A program made the translations under genes and the position numbers. The notes under the pieces are model-generated. The model was not told the origin of the DNA and ran no database searches. It was given only the letters and a program-made list of their open reading frames with translations. Shown one piece after another: positions 27,452 through 39,682 of a DNA stretch of 64,000 bases; position 1 is the first letter of the stretch, and the number at the start of each line of letters is the position of its first letter. The DNA comes from Podarcis melisellensis (taxonomy: Eukaryota): assembly GCA_964234715.1 (NCBI GenBank), contig OZ174292.1. The stretch is one strand, 5' to 3'.

Positions 27452-27830
27452 AGGTAAAAGTAAAGGCAAAGGACCCCTGGACGTTTAAGTACAGTCAAAG
27501 GGGACTCTGGGGTTGCGGCACTCATCTCGCTTTTGGGGCGAGGGAGCTGGCGTTTGTCCACAGACAACTTTTCGGGTCATGTGGCTGACATGACTAAAGC
27601 GCTTCTGGCGTAACAGGGCACCGTGACGGAAACCAGAGCACACAGAAAAGCCGTTTACCTTCCTGTCACATTTATCTATTTATCTACCTGCACTGGCATG
27701 CTTTTGAACTGCTAGGTTGGCAGGAGCTGGGACAGAGCAATGGGAGCTCACTCCGTTACGGGGATTTGAACCGCTGACCTTCTGTTCAGGAAGCCCAAGA
27801 GGCCCAGTGGTTTAGACCACAGTGCCATCC
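27452..27830 (-). mobile_element. Sauria SINE (more diverged copy)
   Basis: Homologous to 2987-3343. Confidence 0.85.
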
Positions 27831-27926
27831 ACATGGTCTGACTAGTGCAGTTGCTTAGAGCATGGTGCTGATAACGCCAAGGCTGAAGGTTCAATTCCTG
27901 CATATTGGATTAAATGGTCCTCAGGG

Positions 27927-28016
27927 CATAGCTGTCAATGTTTTCCTTTTTTTAAGGGAAATTCCCTTATTCCAAATAGGATTCCTTGCAAGAAAAGGGA
28001 AAGGTTGACAGCTATG
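27927..28016. mobile_element. 90-bp hAT-type MITE nested in a SINE-like element with a CR1-type tail (~27850-28055)
   Basis: TIR CATAGCTGTCAA; 8-bp TSD cctcaggg; host ends in ccttccaactctatgattctatg. Confidence 0.8.
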
Positions 28017-28462
28017 CCTCAGGGTCCCTTCCAACTCTATGATTCTATGAATTTTATGAATGACGGTTGGCTTCTGAAATATTCAGGGCACTCTGTGGCA
28101 ATAACCTATTGGGACAGGAAGGAGGCATTCCATTTTGCAGTTCAAAATAGAAGACATAATTACACTACTAAATACAGTGGTACCTCGGGTTACATACGCT
28201 TCAGGTTACATACGCTTCAGGTTACAGACTCCACTAACCCAGAAATAGTGCTTCAGGTTAAGAACTTTGCTTCAGGATGAGAACAGAAATTGTGCTCCGG
28301 CGGCGTGGCGGGAGTCCCCATTAGCTAAAGTGGTGCTTCAGGTTAAGAACAGTTTCAAGGTTAAGAATGGACCTCCAGAACGAATTAAGTACGTAACCAG
28401 AGGTACCACTGTACAGCATTATTATTTTTTGCTAATTGAATTGACACAGTATGTTGAATTAC

Positions 28463-28656
28463 CTGTGCATCAGCCAACATGATATCCTTCAGCATGGGTT
28501 GCCCCCTGGGCTCTCCATTTTCCATTTTCACATAATGCACCTGGTACCCTCGGATTTGACCATGCTGCTTATTGGGCACTGGTGAACGCCACAACACTTT
28601 AACAGCTGTAGAGTTGACAGCCTCTACCTCGACTTTGCGAGGAGGACCACTAGGAA
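28463..28656 (-). CDS. PTPRD: PTPRD exon, FN3 repeat 5 first part ([17 protein letters not shown]...DIMLADAQ), 194 nt
   Basis: Translation; acceptor ttccag|TT, donor CAG|gtaatt. Confidence 0.96.
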
Positions 28657-29481
28657 CTGGAACACATCAGTGGATAAAAGAAGAATTACAGGTACTTGTC
28701 CAAAACAACCAGTGTCTTTTTCTTTCTTTTTCTTTTGGTTTTGTTTTTTTTTTAAAGCGCAGACCCACTAATCCTTCCTCGAAGAATACAAATGAAAACA
28801 CCCAACAAATCTGCTCTACATTTCAGTGAAAATATCAAAAACCATGACTGATGCAAAAATGGAAGAAAAAAGAGTATTAGAGAAATAGAAAAAACATGTA
28901 AAAACGCACAAAAGCCAAGGAAGATGCTTTGAGACTCAAAGCATTGAAGTACAAAGAAGTAATTTAGTAATCAAAATAATAAAAACCAAGAAGACTTTTA
29001 AAATGTTGCTTGTTTTCTGATTTTGTTTATTTTTTTTTTTAAGTAGGGGGAAAAAAGATAACGGGAAGGGGTGCAGTCTTCAGTGTTCAGATACGAAAGA
29101 GAGTCAGCATCCAAAATATTTGTTTAAAAAAGGGAGCAGCATCAGTTTTCCAAAAGAGAAACGCTTTAAGGGTACTCTTAAAGAAAGAGTTAAAATCAGA
29201 AGAGCAAAAAAGTAAGAAAGAAAAGGAGGGGGGAATCTTCAAATAGGAGAAAAATATACACGCTTACAAGGGGCAAAACTTTAAAGTGTGATTCTTCTGC
29301 ACATATATTTCAAAGCAAAAACAAAACAAATGCAAATGCAAGCATTTGTGTTTAAAATATTTTGTAAAACTCATCAGGGGTCAAAAAAGATGAGCAGAGG
29401 AGGGAAACGGAATAATCTTAGACCACACAAAGACAGCAGATTGAGAGAGAGAGTCAAACTGACGTGTTGGATGAAACATAC

Positions 29482-29787
29482 CATCTTCATCTGTTCGGAT
29501 CAACACAGATTCACTCTCTGGGCCAGGTCCAACATCAGTGTGGGCTGTCACAGAAATCCGATATTCAGTCCATTTTTCCAACTGTTCCAAAAGGTACTGT
29601 GACGTGTCCGGAGCAATTCCCAAAATTTCGTGGGGCTTGTCATCTTCTCCATCAATTCCAGTGTACTTGATGGAGTAGGAAGTGATAATTCCATTCTGTT
29701 TTTCCACTGGCGGAGGCTGCCAACTTACCAAAATACTAGTGGAGCTGGGGCTCTTGCAACTAATGTCTTGAGGAGGAGCTGATGGCT
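29482..29787 (-). CDS. PTPRD: PTPRD exon, FN3 repeat 4 ([18 protein letters not shown]...LIRTDED), 306 nt
   Basis: Translation; acceptor aattag|AG, donor GATG|gtatgt. Confidence 0.96.
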
Positions 29788-30248
29788 CTAATTTCAGTAG
29801 TGGGTTAAAGGAGGATTTGAGTGTGAAAGAACAGAAGTGGTTGAAGGAAAAGGAAAAAAATGAACAAAAGGAAAAGAAAAAAGAAAATAAATAACGAAGG
29901 GAAAAACCAAGGGCAAATCAAAATCGCAAACTTAAAAACAGAAACTTTAGATAATCTTATGAGCCTTGGCTTATTAAAAGTGAACCAACTGAAAATGAAT
30001 GAACTAAAAGGTGGAAAGGGATGTAGGGGAAAATACATGAAAATGAGCCTCAATATATTGTTACCTACCTGTGATTAAAAATTCTTCTTGAAATAAAAAC
30101 ATCAAACATGATACTTCTATGTGTCTACTACCTAAGCTTTTATGTTGTATGCTTGCTGGTTGATCTGTTATTTTTAAGTTGTTTTTTTAAAAAAATATTT
30201 TGGCATGTCTGACAAAATAGTCAGTCTATTATACACTACGTTTTATAC

Positions 30249-30343
30249 TGATAGATAGAGAGATAGAGAGATAGATATATCATATATCATATATAGATAT
30301 CATATATCATATATATCATATATAGATGATCTATCTATCTATA
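30249..30343. repeat. Complex (TAGA)/(TATCATA) low-complexity repeat
   Basis: Direct reading. Confidence 0.85.
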
Positions 30344-32421
30344 ACCAGTCTTTTATACACTATGTTTTATAGATTGATATCCATATCTAATATAATTATA
30401 TATGAAGTGCCATGAAGAAAAGAATCAGAACTATTTCGAAACTCAAACACATCTAATAGACATAAAATAAAAACCATCACGCACCACCAGTTTTCTCTCC
30501 CCTCCCCCAACTCCACTTTTCTTTATCTTTTCTTTTTTACGACTGCAGTGGCCTGGAACATGTGTACTACAATTAAGGTTCAAATCAAAAGTCTTTATTT
30601 CAAACATCAATTGTAGCCAAAACACTGTAAAACATGCAGAATCAATAAGGGGATTGGGCTAATCTTAGACAAAGGTTTACCTACCATGGAAAAGTGACAG
30701 GGCTGATGATTCTGACTGCAACTTGTACTTACCCTAGGTCCAGTCTCTCTTTTATATTTTAGCTCCTCTTGGAGAAACCTCGGCTAGCAAAGAATTAAAG
30801 TCTACCAGCGATTTCATAATACATACAAACTATCACCAACCCACCGCCACACACAATACACGAACAGCTAATATAGAAGTTTGCCTAAGCAAAACCAGTG
30901 TGGAGATTCCTAATGAAATCTTATGATTTACTTTACTTAACCAAAAGTTAAATTCATTCGAAATAGAACCAAAATGCATGTCCACAGTAGTTTAGAAGCA
31001 AATGTCATTAAAATCTTAACACGTTCATCTCTTTGGGGTACAAATCCTATCCACACAGTAATAATAATAATAGATTTTCCTCCAGTTGCATACACAGAAA
31101 TTACTTTTTAAAAATCCATTTTTATATTTGAAATATTTGGGGAAAATGGGAATCTTGACCTCTTTCACATGCATTACTTAGAAGTCCCACTGATCTCAAT
31201 CTGTCTCCTCAAGTCCTTTTTGCATCTCTTTCCCAGGTAGCAACACAGAAAAGATTTTTATTTTCCTGTAATTCCTCCCTCTGAGACCTAAAAAAAATAC
31301 ATTTCCTAAACATATTTTTAAACTTTTAATACTCAAAGCGAAAGATGAGCGATCCACTTTTGTTTGTCTCAGTTGCTTCTGACGATTCCAAAAACATATT
31401 GGCTGTGTCTAGATTTCACTATCGACCATGGGAAGTATGGGAAGAAGCCTTGGCAAGTGTTTCCCCTCCCACTTCTGTGTGGTCACAGGGAGATGAGAAA
31501 CTTTTGTTTCTATTTTTGATTAACTGCTGCTTGCAATTTTGTCCGAAAGCTGTGCTTAATCGTAACAGTTGTTTCGATGAAACAAGCCAGCTTGATCACG
31601 CTGGGCCTGAGGCTGGCTTGCTTCAACAGAGCTTACTTAAGATCAACCACAGTTTAGGATTTAGGCACAACACAAAACGTCGGTTGAATGTTATTTATTT
31701 ATTTAAACAGTTTTATATACCCCTTAACTACAATAGTCTCTAACTGCTTTATAAAGATACAGTGCAAAATAAAAATAAGAAATCAGCTAAAACTATAAAA
31801 TTAAGCTTCAATTAAAATGACTTGCTGGAAGAAAAAAGGCTTCAGTAGCTGCTGTAAGTTCAGGAAGGAGGGGGCCTGTTTTGACCTCACCTAGAAGGGA
31901 GATCCATAAATTTGGGCTCAGGCTCACAATACTAAATATGAGTTGTCCATCCAAGCCACAGGAGGCCACTAATGGCGTCTCCCCAGAAAACCTCAGTGAT
32001 CAAGCAGGGATATAAGGAATTAGGCAATCCTTGATGTATCCAAACCCAATCTGTAAAGAGCCTTGAACCTGGTTCAATAGTATAATTTAAAACAGAAACG
32101 AAAGTTTTCAATTTCCTCAGTTATTCTAGAGGAATGTCAAGGGGTGGGTGTGCGAACCTTAGACTTGCACAGATTCATAACTGTATGATAAACAATGTCT
32201 GGATGCACCCTTTGTCTAGTGACAGGGGTTGGGGGTATCATGTTACTCTTCTAAGAAAATGCTATGCTTATAGTTCTTCAAAGTGTATTGACCTGCGTGT
32301 TTGTAGTTAAATTTTCTCAATGTAGCCATAACTGAAACATAATAGGATTTCACTCACTTTCCAACTAGCTTGTCAACAAGTATAAAGAAGAGAAATGAAG
32401 TAATCAAAGAAAGACACCTAC

Positions 32422-32566
32422 TTGACTGCATTGTTCTAGCTGATATTTCTGCCGTTGAAGCACCAAGGCCTTGTGGAGAGCGCGCAGACAGACGGAAGTA
32501 ATACAAACTATTTGGTTTTAGACCTTGCAAGTGGTAAGTTGTAGCTGGATCAATGGAAATCCGCTG
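32422..32566 (-). CDS. PTPRD: PTPRD exon, FN3 repeat 3 second half ([48 protein letters not shown]), 145 nt; absent from the ORF track
   Basis: Manual translation; tandem acceptor tttag|CAG, donor TCAA|gtaggt. Confidence 0.95.
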
Positions 32567-34076
32567 CTAAAGGGGAAGTCGGAAAGGGGGAAATGAATTT
32601 AAATCTAGATCTTTGGGTCTTTGCTTCTAAAGAATTTCTAACACTCAATCTCAAAACTTCTATTCCAACGTAAGGAGCAGGTCACAACCACTGCCATCAC
32701 AGTGTGGTTCCAGCTCCAGGCACAAGCCATTACATGTGGAATAGCTTCATTACACTAAATCCTAACTTTCCAGAATGGTAACTTACTAGTAAGTGGTTGG
32801 TGCCTCTCCATGTGAAGCTGGCTGATCTACATCAGGCACAGGGAATCTCTGCTTCGCATGCTAAAGTAGTGATTCTCATTTGGCTTGTAGACATGTTTGT
32901 TTCGCAGGCACACCCACCTAAACTATACCTGACATCATATACCATCAGATGTGGGCTGGGTAAAGCAGCCAACTTCAAAGGAAGAACCAGGAGCCCTAAA
33001 GTGTGCTCCCTATTATTCCTTTGCACACAGGGCTTGCATTTTGTGCCTTTTAAATTTGGTGCAAGAAGCACCACCACTCAAATTGGCTCCACCCGGAGGC
33101 TACCAATCAGAGCCGACTCCTACTGCCACTGGGGTTTGTATTTTGGGCTGTATTTAAATTCTGTGCCAAATACAAGCCTCTGGAATCAGCTCCCGATTGG
33201 AGCTCACAAATGGAGTTGATTGGTGCAAAGGAAAATGATTCCTTTGCCTGCACAGTCTGGAAATCAAACCATGTGGGCCAATGAACATATTGCTTTTGCA
33301 CGCTACCCTGAATTCAATGCAATCTACAAAGAGATGGCCCCACCCATCTGTCTAAGCAATCAGTCCATGGAGGCTAGAGGACATCAGAAAATAAAAGAAA
33401 AAAAAACCACAATTTTACCAATATCTTACTTCTGTTTCAAAGCCAACAGTAAAATATGCATCTATGTGGTTATACTTGTACAGTGGAACCTCGGTTTTTG
33501 AGAATCTCGGAAGCTGAACATTTCGGAAGCCGGAAGCTGAAAACCTGGAAGCAATCACTTCCATTTTCAAAGGCACCTCTGAAGTTGAATGGCTTCCGCT
33601 GTTTTTCTTTTTTCTCAATGGATTTTACCAACCACCCATTGCTCCTCAGTTTTTGAACATTTTGGAAGACAACCAATCTTCTGGAATGGATTATGTTCGA
33701 AAACCAGGGTTCCATTATATTTGTTACAGAAATCAAGATGGCCACTTATGGAAGTATAGTCTTGGAATTACAGCAGAGAGTTTAGTTAGACAAACCATAG
33801 TTAAGATTTTTGAAGGGGCTATAGTTAGACAAACAGATCAGTTTGCATTGAACTCTCTTTACTCCTTACATTATAAATTTGAACATCTGGAATCAGAGCA
33901 CATTTAGGGTTGTAGACAATATAATTCAGGCTGCAATCCCATGTGCATTGAATGGGGCGAACATCTGACTAAACAAGCAACCGGGTAACCTTCAACTAAC
34001 ACGAGGCTGACTACCCGTCTATCAACTTTCAAGGCCTGTAAAATGTGTTCCAAAGGCATAAAGCTAGTTCACTTAC

Positions 34077-34210
34077 CTCTTCTCCATGCTCTCCATCTTT
34101 GTAAACAAGATCATAGTTGGAGATTGTGTCAGACCGTGGAGGGGTCCAAGAAAGGAGTATGCTTGTTTCGGATTCTGGTTCAGCTTTGAAGTTCAATGGC
34201 TGCCCTGGGA
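34077..34210 (-). CDS. PTPRD: PTPRD exon, FN3 repeat 3 first half ([16 protein letters not shown]...DGEHGEE), 134 nt
   Basis: Translation; acceptor catcag|TC, donor GAG|gtaagt. Confidence 0.96.
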
Positions 34211-34915
34211 CTGATGCAGGAGGACACAATATCAACATTCAGTAAGTACATTTACGGGGGGCAGCGGGGAAAATTAAGACTTGTTTCCTGCAATTATAGA
34301 CTCCATGCAGACCACCACTTCCAGGTTTAGGTTTCTATTGAAGACCCACTAATGGAAGCAGCCAGGTTTCATTTCCAGTAGCGTCACCTTCCCAAGAGCA
34401 TTCCAAAACATGCATTCCAAACATGTCACTTTCTATTCTGCTGTTTGCTCAGCTGGGAATTAATCACCCAGATAGTCCTGTTCTTTATTGCAGTTAATAC
34501 TGTTGCTTGAGCAGCCTTTCTTTACACTGTCAACATACTGTTTACCAGACAAAATGTTTCTGCACATTGCTTTGATCCAGCAGAGCCACTCGAGTTATGA
34601 CAGTACTCTATATACATGACAAACAGGAATAATATGAACTTCTCTGTGTCTTAGCCCGATAAACCATCCCCTGAGCCTGCCTGTTTCTTGACTAAAGGTA
34701 AATGCAGGTTTGTGCTTACTGCTTAGACACTGATAGGAGAAAACATGACTGTTAGACACTATGCTAGGGGGGGGAGAGGGAAAACCCTGTTCTTCTCCAC
34801 ACATTTGGCAATTTAACGCTGTAAAACACAACAAAATCCTATGGGCTATTTCAATCACAATCTCAAGGAGCAGACAGTCTCTTTAAAAGTTTGTGATATG
34901 AAAGGAGTTCAGTAA

Positions 34916-35278
34916 AAAGGTAAAGGTAAAGGACCCCTGACAGTCAAGTCCAGTTGCAAACGACTCTGGGGTTGCGGCGCTCATCTCTCTTTACTGGTCA
35001 AGGGAGCCGGCGTTTGTCCGCAGACAGTTTTTCCAGGTCATGTGGCCAGCATGACTAAGCCACTTCTGGCGAAACCAGAGCAGCATACGGAAACGCCATT
35101 TACTTTCCCACTGGAGCGGTACCTATTTATCTACTTGCACTTTGACGTGCTTTCAAATTGCTAGGTTATCAGGAGCTAGGACTGAGCAACAGAAGCTCAC
35201 CCCGTTGCGGGGATTCAAACCACCAACCTTCCAATCGGCAAGCCCTAGGCTCAGTGGTTTAGACCACAGAGCCCCCCC
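34916..35278 (-). mobile_element. Sauria SINE
   Basis: Homologous to 2987-3343. Confidence 0.88.
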
Positions 35279-35870
35279 ACATGGTCTAGGTACTTGGTCA
35301 GAAAGAAGACTATCATTGAGGAAAGATGATTCAGTTACTCCCTCCCCTGCCCCACGAACAAACATAGGGCTTGCTCTTTCCATATTTGCTTTGTGTGCTG
35401 ATGGGCCCTAGAGCAGGCATAGGCAAACTTGGTCCTCCAGATGTTTTGGGACTACAACTCCCATCATCCCTAGCTAACAAGACCAGTGGTCAGGGATGAT
35501 GGGAATTGTAGTCTCAAAACAGCTGGAGGGCCGAGTTTGCCTATGCCTGCCCTATAGAACGGCCCTTTTATTTGAGGGTTTTTTTGTTTGTTTGTTTTTG
35601 CAAAACTCTCTCCTAATGGCTCTACATTACTAGTTTAAGTGTGTTTTGTAGATTTTCTCTTCAATCTACCCATAATTTCTTATCTGAATCCAATACTGAT
35701 TTATGTTTATGTAGGGATGAGGAACTCCTTGCAACTCCTTCAACTTTTTATTCTTTTGTGATTGCTTTTTTCACCTTAAATTGTTTTGGAGGTTTATTTT
35801 ATGTTTTGAATGTTGTATATGGTATATTTCATTGTTGTAAATCACTTTGAGACCTATATGGTGAAAAGCG

Positions 35871-35876
35871 CTCTCT

Positions 35877-35928
<52 letters not shown>

Positions 35929-35935
35929 CATATAT
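35871..35935. repeat. (TC)n(TA)n microsatellite
   Basis: Direct reading. Confidence 0.95.
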
Positions 35936-36614
35936 AACCCATCAACAATGAAATAATAATAATTCCTGACCATGGGTCACCCTGGCTGGAGCTGAAATGG
36001 AAGCTTTGAAGGGAATGTATTGTTATGAGTTTGGGGAGCAGGTAGGCTGTATGCTGGAGCCTGCTTCCAATTCCTGGATTTGGCACTGATTCAATTCCTG
36101 GAATGGACAGCTAGCTTTTATTTATACTTATGTCCCTATAAGTATGGACCGTTAAGGCAAGGAAGGGGCTCTGTGCCAGATGCCAAGTGAGTAGGGCCCC
36201 CCCTTCCTAACTCGCTGGGAGTTGGAAAGCCTGATTCCTGTTTGAATCAAAAACTGTGGCTAGAGGAGACCCTCTTGGGGTTTTCATGATGTAGTGGTGT
36301 TGAGTCAAAAGCGTAACTGTGCTCTCCAAGTTAAGGATCTCCAGTTAAGCCCTAATTATATTTCTGTATAGCTTACAATCAAAATATCAGTGTATCAATG
36401 TTTACTTTGCAAGGACTAGTATGCAGTGTTGGACTCTGCTGGTAAAAAGGGAGATTCAAATACTGACTCAACCATAAAGGGTACTGAGGTCTTGACAAAG
36501 TTATTATCCGTAATAACTTTGTTATTATAAACTTGATTCATGTGCTGCTTTAAAAAAAAATGTTTTTAATTTGTTTAATCTCCCCGTGAGAGCTGTGATT
36601 GTACTGGACAGGCA

Positions 36615-36667
<53 letters not shown>

Positions 36668-36716
36668 GGTTTTGGTGTCCTCGGGTGTCTTCCCGTGTAA
36701 AAGTTGGGGTGTCTAG

Positions 36717-36754
36717 GCGACGTTTCGACGAGGTCTCACTCGTCATCTTCAGGC
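36717..36754 (-). ncRNA. Minimal type I hammerhead ribozyme motif, sense to PTPRD pre-mRNA
   Basis: Reverse complement of the same motif. Confidence 0.8.
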
Positions 36755-36887
36755 TGGTGCTTTCGGCTTCTTGTTACTGGAACAGAGCAGGATCTCAGTG
36801 TTTGAGTTCCTATAAATACTGTTGAGGGGGTGTGGTGTATAGCCTCCAATGTTCTGGGCAGAGAGGAAGTTCCCAGGCTAGTGTGCT

Positions 36888-37951
36888 AATCCAAAAAGAA
36901 ACACCCCCCAAAAACCAAGACACAGAAGAAAACAATGGCATGGCCCTCCTTCCTTATATCAAGGGCACTACAGATAAAATTAGCAAAATCCTCCATAAAC
37001 ACAATATCAAAACAGCCTTTTGCACCAACCAAAAAATAGCCAATATCCTCAGAAACCCCAAGGATAAAATCCAGTTGGAAAACCAAGGGGTCTATGAAAT
37101 ACCCTGCAAAGTCTGCCCAGCCACGTACATTGGACAAACAAACAGACGAATAAATGCACGTATCGCAGAACACAAGAATGCCGTCAAAAAAGAAGAAAAA
37201 AACTTCCTCTCTTTTCCAACACATGAAAGAAACAGGACACGAAATTAATTTTGCAGATTCCAAATTGCTCTTTAACATGGAACATCACCACAAGAGAATA
37301 ATCATGGAAGCCATCGAGATAGAGAAACACCCTCACAACATGAACAAGCGTGACGACACATCCCGCTTGCCAGACATCTGGAAATTAGCCCTCCCCACAA
37401 AAACTGACACCAGATCCAGAGGCACACAGAACGCTATCACCAATCAACCACACCAGACCCAAACCCAGACCCTCTCCACAGATAAATTACAGACACCATC
37501 CAGTAGCCAAACCATGGTGGCACCTCCGGATGCTGCACCCCCCTGCAATCCCTACACAGATCTGGCTGACACAGGCCACAAAACCACAGCTCGCCCCTAT
37601 ACACGAAGCCAAGCCAGAGCACAACTAAGTGCAGTACAGCCATCTTCTCAGAAAAACTCTTCACAAAGTTCAAGAGGTCAAGACACAAAGACTTCAGCAA
37701 CTAATCCACACCTAATGACCCACCTAAGTGGTACTCAGGATATCACTCAAGAAATCACTCAAGATATCCCTCAAGTAATTAAGGAACAAAAGAAGAAAAG
37801 GCACACTAGCCTGGGAACTTCCTCTCTGCCCAGAACATTGGAGGCTATACACCACACCCCCTCAACAGTATTTATAGGAACTCAAACACTGAGATCCTGC
37901 TCTGTTCCAGTAACAAGAAGCCGAAAGCACCAGCCTGAAGATGACGAGTGA
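36888..37951 (+). pseudogene. Penelope-like ORF remnant (RT tail, GIY-YIG endonuclease, low-complexity C-terminus) with one frameshift in the A-run at about 37196-37202
   Basis: ORFs 36832..37248 and 37154..37951 join into one continuous GIY-YIG domain. Confidence 0.88.
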
Positions 37952-37970
37952 GACCTCGTCGAAACGTCGC
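37933..37970 (+). ncRNA. Minimal type I hammerhead ribozyme motif in pLTR
   Basis: gc-CUGAAGA-u-GACGAG-ugagac-CUCGUC-GAAACGUC^-gc; palindromic ACGU helix III. Confidence 0.8.
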
Positions 37971-38186
37971 CTAGACACCCCAACTTTTACACGGGAAGAC
38001 ACCCGAGGACACCAAAACCTGCATTCCTGTACCCGTGAAAATCTACGAAAGCAAATATATATATATATATATATACACATATATACATATATATATATAT
38101 ATATGCTTTCGTAGATTTTCACGGGTACAGGAATGCAGGTTTTGGTGTCCTCGGGTGTCTTCCCGTGTAAAAGTTGGGGTGTCTAG

Positions 38187-38224
38187 GCGACGTTTCGACG
38201 AGGTCTCACTCGTCATCTTCAGGC
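38187..38224 (-). ncRNA. Minimal type I hammerhead ribozyme motif, sense to PTPRD pre-mRNA
   Basis: Reverse complement of the same motif. Confidence 0.8.
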
Positions 38225-38434
38225 TGGTGCTTTCGGCTTCTTGTTACTGGAACAGAGCAGGATCTCAGTGTTTGAGTTCCTATAAATACTGTTGAGGGGG
38301 TGTGGTGTATAGCCTCCAATGTTCTGGGCAGAGAGGACATTGGAGGCTATACACCACACCCCCTCAACAGTATTTATAGGAACTCAAACACTGAGATCCT
38401 GCTCTGTTCCAGTAACAAGAAGCCGAAAGCACCA

Positions 38435-38472
38435 GCCTGAAGATGACGAGTGAGACCTCGTCGAAACGTCGC
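38435..38472 (+). ncRNA. Minimal type I hammerhead ribozyme motif in pLTR (identical copy)
   Basis: Same sequence as 37933-37970. Confidence 0.8.
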
Positions 38473-39100
38473 CTAGACACCCCAACTTTTACACGGGAAG
38501 ACACCCGAGGACACCAAAACCTGCATATATATATATATATATATATATATCCCTGACACACATGAGTACATAAGTAGGATGTGCTGGATTTCAAGTAGTT
38601 TTTCAATTTTTATTTTTATTTTAACAGGGCAGGGACGTTATATTCCAAGGAAGTTATATTCAGTGCGGAACTTTCATTTTTCATTAAATATTTGTCCTGT
38701 GAGCTCATTTATCATTACAAAAGCAGAATATGGAAATGGAGCTTCTGAAGGAACTTGAGAAAATTTCAACAATATATAACTATGTGATTAACATGCAAAT
38801 GGAAACAGCAAACAAACAAAGTTTCAGAGAGGCTGTTCATGGCATACGAACTGTTAAAGGTGAGTACAATACATAAAAATGTCAAAACTATTCATTACTG
38901 AATAAACTTCATGGTAAAGTCAAAAAACATAGATCCCCAATCCAACTCACAGCTTAGCCATCTGGATTTAGAATATGTTTTTGAAACACTTTAACTGGGT
39001 TCATCTATATGTACCTTTGACTTTATTGCTTAGAAAAGTCAGATACCAACCCTCCGACCCCAGCCGTACCGGTGAGAACTTTCTAGAGTTTTCCTCTTAC

Positions 39101-39682
39101 CTCCTGTCTGAGTGATGACTTGAATGTCACTAGAAAGAGGCCCATCACCAACGGAGGTAAAAGCAAGAACTTTCACAGAGTAAGTTTTCTGTGGTATTAG
39201 ATTCCCAATGGTGGTTATATGGCTGTCGGCCACATTATGTTTCAACCAGCTGTTGACATGTTGGGAGGGGTCCATGGTGTAATAAACTCTGTAGCCTTGT
39301 ATTTGTCCGTTGGGTTCCTCAGGTTCTTCCCACTGCACCAGTATTGTAGTTGAGCTCAACATACGGGCTTGTACATTGCGCGGTGCGCTAGACGGTGCTT
39401 GCTCTGAGGTCCGTGTTGAAACTGGTTCACTGGGTGGCCCCCGCCCAATGTTGTTGACAGCAACAACTCTGAACTCATACTCGGAATAAGGACTCAAACC
39501 GGCTACGCTGTATCGAGTTGTGGCGACTCCATCAATTTCCTTATAGAGTTCCTCAGAGTTTTTAGGTTTATGTTGGATTATGTAATAAGACACTGGCTCG
39601 GGGTTTCCAGAATCCCAAGTCAAAGTAATGCTTGTTGCTGTGCTTTCTGTTACAACAGGAGTTCCTGGAGGTTTGGGTAAGG
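39101..39682 (-). CDS. PTPRD: PTPRD exon, FN3 repeats 1-2 ([11 protein letters not shown]...QVITQTG), 582 nt
   Basis: Translation; acceptor ttgcag|CC, donor GGAG|gtaaga. Confidence 0.97.

Larger units (their letters stand above)
36616..38550 (+). mobile_element. Penelope-like retroelement (Penelope/Poseidon type), 5'-truncated, with four pseudo-LTR copies in alternating orientation, inserted in (TA)n
   Basis: RT C-terminus (LPYIKGTTDKISKIL) and GIY-YIG endonuclease (GVYEIPCKVCPATYIGQT...RIAEH...LFQH...EAIEI...NKRD); pLTRs at about 36664-36886(-), 37801-38052(+), 38105-38337(-), 38338-38524(+); (TA)n at both ends and at 38054-38104. Confidence 0.92.

Noticed and set aside
30061-30090. cacag|gtaggt juxtaposed acceptor and donor (recursive splice site?)
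   Set aside because: Weak pyrimidine tract, and the intron is only about 2.6 kb
36571-38606. Repeated short ORFs (CRFWCPRVSSRVKVGVSRRRFDEV...)
   Set aside because: Antisense translations of the pLTR copies and (TA)n, not genes
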